From contig CAWCUS010000006.1 in assembly GCA_963798845.1 (NCBI GenBank), positions 1-64,000 of the forward strand: a stretch of DNA of 64,000 bases, in the 5' to 3' direction. The notes under the pieces are model-generated. The model was not told the origin of the DNA. It saw only the letters and a program-made list of their open reading frames with translations, and searched no databases. The DNA is from an uncultured Gemmatimonadales bacterium. GTDB taxonomy: Bacteria; Gemmatimonadota; Gemmatimonadetes; Longimicrobiales; RSA9. Positions 58,264 to 64,000 of this stretch are shown one piece after another. Both the position numbers and the translations under genes were made by a program. Positions within the stretch are counted from its first letter, which is position 1; each line of letters begins with the position of its first letter.

Positions 58264-61200
58264 GCGACCACGTACGTCCCCTCGCCGGGCGCCGAACGCA
58301 CCTCGAGGTCGCCGCCGCGGAGCCGGAGACGCTCCCGCGCGCTGAACAGGCCCAGGCTGCCCCTGCGCCGATGGCCGTCCAGCGACGCCGGGTCGAACCC
58401 CAGGCCGTGGTCCCTCACCGTCACCTGTACCCGGTCGTCCCCGCGGGTCACCTCCACCACTGCGTGGCCGGTTCCCGCGTGCTTGGCCACGTTGAAGAGC
58501 AGCTCCCGCGTGACCTGGAAGAGGAGGATCCGGAGGTCGGCCGGTGGAATCACCACCTCCTCGTCGGCCTGGATCTCCACCTCGAGGCCGTGCATGTCGC
58601 GCATCTGGGTCCGCAGCCACTCGATGGCGCCGACCAATCCCTCGCCCTCCAGGATCGGAGGGTTCAGGTCGACCGTGAGCTGCCGCGTGCGGGTGATCGC
58701 CTGCCCGAGCAGGTCGAGGCTCTGCCGCGCCTGCTCGGCGGCGCCGGCGAGCTCTTCCCGCCGCGCCTGCTCCAGCGCCAGGCTGACCTTCATCTGGATG
58801 CCATAAAGCAGCTGCTGGAGGTCGTCGTGGAGCAGGTGCGACAGGCGTTGCCGCTCCTCCTGCTCGGCCACGGACAGCATCTCGGCAAGCCCCCGCACTT
58901 CCTCGGTGCGTTCCTGGACACGACGCTCGAGCTCCTCCTCCTCGTGCTTGCGATCGGTGATGTCGCGGATCCCCAGCAGGATGCGCTGGACCTTGTCGAG
59001 GCGGCGGGCGTTCAGCAGCATCACTCGCTCTCCGAGATCCTCGAACGCGTGGCGGACCTCGTAGTCGTTGAAGACTTCGTTGTCCGGCAACACGTCCTCG
59101 AGGAGCATGCGCAGCTCGGGGATGTCCCACTCGCCGCTGCCCAGGTCGTAGATACGGTGTCCGACGGTCTGTCGCTCCCGGACCAGGAAGTGGTCGTAGA
59201 AGGCCTGGTTGACCCGCTGCACCCGCAGTTCCGGATCCAGGACGAGCAGCGGCTCGTGCAGCGTCTCGAAGATGCTCTCGGCGTAGTCCCGGGCCTCCCG
59301 CAGCTCCTCTTCCGCCCGCTTCCGCTCGGTGATGTCCACGAACGTGGCCACCACGCCCTCGATCCGGTCGTCGTGGCTGCGGTAGGGAAGCACGCGTGTC
59401 AGGTACCACCGGCCGCCCTCATCGGACACCTCCCGCTCGACGGGGATCAGCCGCTCCAGAACCCGGCGCGCGTCCTCCTGAAGCTCGGCGTAGCGAAGCC
59501 GGTGCGTCAGGTCCCCGACGGGTCGTCCCCGATCCGCCGCTCGCACGTTGAACAGCTCGGCGACACGCGGGGTGTAGCGCATGATGCGAAGCTCCCGGTC
59601 CAGGAACAGCGTGGCGATGTCGCTCGCGGCCAGGAGGTTCTGGAGATCCCCGCTCAGCTGCGAAAGCTCCTCCACTCTGTGGCGGTTCTCCTGGTTCACC
59701 GTGTGGAGCTCCTCGTTCATGCTCTGGAGCTCCTCCTTGCTCGTCTCCAGCTCCTCCAGGGTGGAGCGGAGCTCCTCGTTCGACGACTGCAGCTCCTCGT
59801 TCGACGCACGCAGCTCCTCCTGGCCCGCCTCGTACTCCTCGATGATGCCCTGGAGCTGCTCCCGCGTCTGCCGCAGCTCCGCCTCCAGGCCGGCCACCCG
59901 CTCCGCGTCCGACCACGAGGCGACCGCCGCTCCGGGCGATCCTGCCGCACTCTCACCGTCACCGCCGATCTCCTGCCCGGCGCGTCCGGCCGCGGCGGTG
60001 TCCCGCCGCTCCGCTGCTGGCCGCTCTGTGAAAAGCACGAGAGCGAACCCCTCCTGACCCGGCTCGCCGGCAGGGCGAACGTCCATGGTCACTTCGGCGA
60101 ACTCGCCGTCGAAGCGCACCGCCTGCGGCCGCGTCCGCACGGACGCCTCCCGCTTCCTCGCCTCGTGCAGCGCCGATCGCAGCTCGATCCGGAGCTCCTC
60201 CCGGAGCAGCCTGTAGACACTGGACGTCAGCTCACCGCCCGGATGGACCAGGTACCGGCCAGCGTGCTCGGAGAGGTGGACCACGCGGTCGTCGGGGCTC
60301 ACCAGGAGGCCCGGCGGGCCGTACCGCTCGACAATGCGCTGGTGCATCTCCCCGTACGCAAGCGGTTCCGCGTCCGCCCGCCGGCGCTCCCCGGCTGCGT
60401 CCCGGCGGGGGTGCGTGACCGGGAAGACGGGGAGGCGCGGCTCCGGAGCCGAGACGTTGCGTCGTCGGTAGATGGACCTCTTTTCGTCGGCGACGCTGAA
60501 CAGATCCTGGGTTTCGACAGTTTCGGAGGTGCCCAGGACCAGGAAGCCGGCGGGACGAAGGGCGTAGTGGAAGATGTCGACCACGTCGCGCTGTACGCCG
60601 CGGCCCAGGTAGATGAGGACGTTGCGGCAGGAGATCAGGTCGATGCGTGAGAACGGCGGATCGGCGAGCAGGTTGTGGGGCGAGAACACCACCATCTCCC
60701 GCACCTGCGGACGGATCCGGTACCCGCCGTCCTCCTCGATGAAAAAGCGGCGCAGCCGCTCCAGGCTGACGTCCGTGGCGATGTCGCCCGGATAGAACCC
60801 TTCGCGCGCCTTCTCCAGAGACCCGTCGTGCAGGTCGCTCGCGAAGATCTGGATCCCGGGCGGCGCATTGCGCCGGGCGGCTTCCTCCACGAGCAGCATG
60901 GCGAGAGAGTACGCCTCCTCGCCCGTCGCGCACCCCACGCTCCAGACCCGGATCGTGTCGTCGGGGCCACGGCCCTCGAACAGGGCCGGGACCACCTCCT
61001 CCCCCAGCGCCTGCCAGACCTCCGGGTCCCGGAAAAAGCTGGTCACCGTGATCAGCAGGTCGGCTGCCAGCTCCCGCACCTCTTCGCCGTGCTCGCGCAG
61101 CAGCGTGACATACGCCTCCAGCTCCTCCACCCGGCGAATCCGCATCCTGCGCCCGATGCGCCGAAGGATCGTGCTCCGCTTGTAGTCGGTGAAATCATGC

Positions 61201-61920
61201 CCCGTGCGCTTCCGGATCTGGGCGAACACCGCCACTAGCAGCTGCGCCTGGTCCGTCTCCGGGGGCTCGTCCGAGTCCGGGATCGAGACTCTCGGCCGCG
61301 TGTGGGAGAACCCCAGTATCGCGTCGGCCATGGCGGCGATCGGCAGGATCGAATCCACCAGCCCAGTGGCGATGGCGCTCTGGGGCATGCCGTCGTACTC
61401 CGCCTCTCCCGGGTCCTGGACGATGGTGAACCCGCCCTTCTCCTTCACCTCCCGCAGCCCCAGCGTGCCGTCCGAGCCGGTCCCCGTCAGGATCACGCCC
61501 ACGGCATGGCCATCGTGGGTCCGCGCCAGCGTCCGGAAGAAATGGTCGATCGGCGCGCGCTCACGCCGACTCTCCTCCAGCTCGCTCAGCCGCAGGTGCG
61601 TGTCGATCGTGCTCAGGTTCGCGTTCGGCGGAATCACGTACACCCGGTCCGGCTCCAGCAGGACCGTCTCGCTCACCTGCTGCACGGGCAGCCGCACGTG
61701 AGGCTGGAGCAGCTCCGCCAGAATGGCTCTCGTGCTCCGGCGACAGGTGCACCACCACCACCCAGGCCAGCCCCGTCTCCGCCGGCACCTCGGCGAAGAA
61801 CGACTTCAGCGCGGCGAGCCCGCCCGCAGACGCGCCGATGCCGACGACCGTGGCGTGCTCCGCCGCATTGAAGCCCGCGTCCACGGCGCTGCTGTCGGGT
61901 GCGTGCCTGTCTTCAGCCAT
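58236..61920 (-). CDS. CheB-CheR-PAS-histidine kinase fusion with an apparent frameshift near 61722
   Basis: CheB motifs GASAGG, VVHL and GSDG; CheR motifs WSVGCATGEEAYS and SCRNVLIY; coiled coil (SNEELQS); PAS; HisKA_3-type LHDDLQQ; NVAKH and D.GLGF. Confidence 0.88.
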
Positions 61921-62043
61921 GGGAGGTCCAGCCTCGGGTGATTGTGAGGACCGAGCGGAGCGCGACTTCGCTAGGGCTGTTCAAAGATAGGTACACGCCC
62001 AGAACGCCGCACGAGGACGCCCCGCTCCGCCGGGGCCGGCCGC

Positions 62044-62832
62044 TCAGGGGAGCCTTGTGTAGCTGACCGTGACGCCCAGTGTGTAGCCGGTCCTTGCCTG
62101 GAAGATCCGCCGCAGCCCGAGGTGAACGTCGAGCCCGCGCGTGGCGAGCTGCTGCACACCGACGCCGAGGCCGGTGAAGAACGCCAGCCCCGTGGATGGC
62201 GCGGCCGCAGAGCAGCGGATGTCCAGCATGGCGCCCGGCGAGATGAAGGCGGCGAGCCGAACGCTCTGCAGCATGGCCACGGAGAAGGGGGCGGCGGCGT
62301 CGACGGTGCAGGCATCCACGCCGGGTCGGATCCCGGGTGCGTAGCCAAACCCGATCTCGGTGCCCAGCGTGCTCGTGGCGGTGTAGTCGCCGATCACGGA
62401 CGCGATCGTGGGGCCGGACGTGATGAAGTTGAGCCGGGCACGGGCGCCGAACATCGGGTGGCCCCGGCAGTCGGCCGCCGCCGTCCCGCACTTGCGCTGG
62501 ACGTAGCCGGCTGTCAGGCCAAACACGGAGCCACCGCGCCACTGGAGGTCGATCCCCCCGCCCAGGGCGAGAGGGTTCGCCCCGCTGCCGCGGAGCTGGC
62601 CGACTGCCAACCTCGCCGCCCAGTAGTTGTGGTTCCGGCTCGCGGGCATCGGGAGGGCGAGGGGCGGCAGGGCGCCCAGTGGGGTGGAGAGCAGTCGCGC
62701 GGCCCGGATCGCCGCGGTCGATTCCTGTGCCGGGGCCCGCTCTGCTCTGGAGAGCAGCGCCACCAGCGCGAAAGCGAGCGCTGCGATCGTCAGTCGAGGG
62801 CGGCCTCGACGGCCCGGCATTCGGCTATTCAC
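62044..62832 (-). CDS. Hypothetical exported protein, probable outer-membrane beta-barrel
   Basis: Signal peptide, amphipathic strands, paired Cys residues and terminal LGVTVSY strand; overlaps the upstream gene stop. Confidence 0.7.
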   Translation of the reverse strand: MNSRMPGRRGRPRLTIAALAFALVALLSRAERAPAQESTAAIRAARLLSTPLGALPPLALPMPASRNHNYWAARLAVGQLRGSGANPLALGGGIDLQWRGGSVFGLTAGYVQRKCGTAAADCRGHPMFGARARLNFITSGPTIASVIGDYTATSTLGTEIGFGYAPGIRPGVDACTVDAAAPFSVAMLQSVRLAAFISPGAMLDIRCSAAAPSTGLAFFTGLGVGVQQLATRGLDVHLGLRRIFQARTGYTLGVTVSYTRLP

Positions 62833-63907
62833 GGGCCTCGAGCCAGCGCGTGTAGGCGAGCCCGCCGACGCCGTGGCGGTCGTAGCGGTAAACGCGCAGG
62901 AGGACGCCGCGCGGCTTCAGGATGTCCAGGCGCATGAAGCCGAGGCTGTTCTGCGCCACGTAGTAGCTCTCGCGCATCCACACCGCACACGAGGTCTTCG
63001 AGCCCGCACCGCTCACCAGGAGATACGGCACCGTGCGGCCGCCCCGGAGCACCTGGAGCACGTGCTCGTGCCCGGCGGCGTACACCAGCGGGGCGTGCTC
63101 GGAGAACGCGCTCTCGATCGAGTCACGCATGGTGCGGTTGGCGCGGGAGATGATGTCCTGGCTGCGCCCGCCGAACCGGTGGAAGGGTGCGGTGGCACCG
63201 CAGTACCCTCCGTGCGGTCCCCCCGTCATCAACGGGTGGTGCCCGGCAACGACCGTGACCTGGTCGTCGCGATGGGGCACGACGACGGCGCGCAGCCGCC
63301 GGGTGACCGCCCCGGGGTCGAGAGTGCAGCCGGACCGCTCGTCGTGGACGATGTATTCGTGCAGCCACCACTCCGTGTCGAGCACGACCACGCGCAGTCG
63401 CCCGGTGTCCACTGCCACGGGCCCGGGGCAGCCCTCGCCCGGCAGCATCTGGATGTCCCGTCCGGTCGCCAGCGATCGGAGCATCCCCTGCTCCAGCCGG
63501 ACCGAGTTGAGGCCGAACACGCCCCCGCCCGCCCAGTCGTGGTTCCCGGGAAGGAAGATCGCCCTCGCGCCGGGCGGAACCGCATCGATCTGCGCACGCA
63601 GGCGACGCCGCGCGTCCGCCCGCTCTGCAGCACCCTCTTCCCGGGCTCCGAGCGGCTGGACCCCGTCCGGATAGACGTTGTCTCCCAGGAAGAGGATCAG
63701 CGAGCGTTCAGGGGCCACGGCGGCCTGCCGCGCCAGCGAATCGAGCGGTGGACCCAGCCGGAGCCGGGGGTCGGGCGCGCCTGCGTCGCCCACGAGGAAG
63801 AGCGTCGTCTGAATCGATGCCGGCTCCGGCTCGACCGGCCGCACGCCGCCGTGGCAGCCCGCCAGGGCGGCCGGCAGGAGCGCAAGGGCGAGCAGGTCAC
63901 GGTTCAT
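62825..63907 (-). CDS. Calcineurin-like metallophosphoesterase lipoprotein
   Basis: Lipobox LAGC; GDAG, GDNVY, GNHD, HHP and GHEH motifs. Confidence 0.9.
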   Translation of the reverse strand: MNRDLLALALLPAALAGCHGGVRPVEPEPASIQTTLFLVGDAGAPDPRLRLGPPLDSLARQAAVAPERSLILFLGDNVYPDGVQPLGAREEGAAERADARRRLRAQIDAVPPGARAIFLPGNHDWAGGGVFGLNSVRLEQGMLRSLATGRDIQMLPGEGCPGPVAVDTGRLRVVVLDTEWWLHEYIVHDERSGCTLDPGAVTRRLRAVVVPHRDDQVTVVAGHHPLMTGGPHGGYCGATAPFHRFGGRSQDIISRANRTMRDSIESAFSEHAPLVYAAGHEHVLQVLRGGRTVPYLLVSGAGSKTSCAVWMRESYYVAQNSLGFMRLDILKPRGVLLRVYRYDRHGVGGLAYTRWLEARE

Positions 63908-64000
63908 TTCACGCGGGGTCCGGTGATCCGCCGGGCGGCTGCGCACGTTCCGGACCAGCGGTCGAAGGCGCCGCCACCGCCCTCCACCGCTGGTTCGCGG

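Overview
This is a very GC-rich, gene-dense bacterial chromosome segment. The gene repertoire and style suggest Gemmatimonadota or a similar diderm lineage, which is an inference only. I found no rRNA, tRNA, CRISPR array, integrase or transposase. In order, the window holds: (1) the 3' part of a formate dehydrogenase operon (alpha, Fe-S beta, NrfD-type anchor, small accessory ORF); (2) oxidoreductases; (3) a PadR / membrane-partner / mini-ExbB-like cassette; (4) a five-gene respiratory operon coupling two multiheme cytochromes (about 19 heme motifs) to a menaquinol-type Rieske/cytochrome b pair; (5) several large secreted hydrolases (BNR/VPS10-like, zincin, S9, S41/tricorn-like, GH36-like); (6) an FTR1 iron permease with a Fur-type box; (7) glnS with a GatB/YqeY appendage; (8) a same-strand signalling run (class III cyclase-AAA-TPR, REC fused to a CxxC-less thioredoxin-reductase-like domain, cNMP-binding histidine kinase, ion channel, TIGR02587/88-like pair); (9) an L,D-transpeptidase and a PEP-CTERM protein; (10) class I aldolase, YqgE and a CheB-CheR-kinase module. 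The most unusual features are two intergenic arrays of a ~44-bp double-hairpin repeat whose stems co-vary between copies and whose loops are all C(G..A)G, the PadR/ExbB-like cassette, the cyclase-kinase-flavoreductase run and the multiheme bc-type complex. Two genes carry single-base frameshifts that may be assembly errors. All family assignments come from motif recognition, not database searches.
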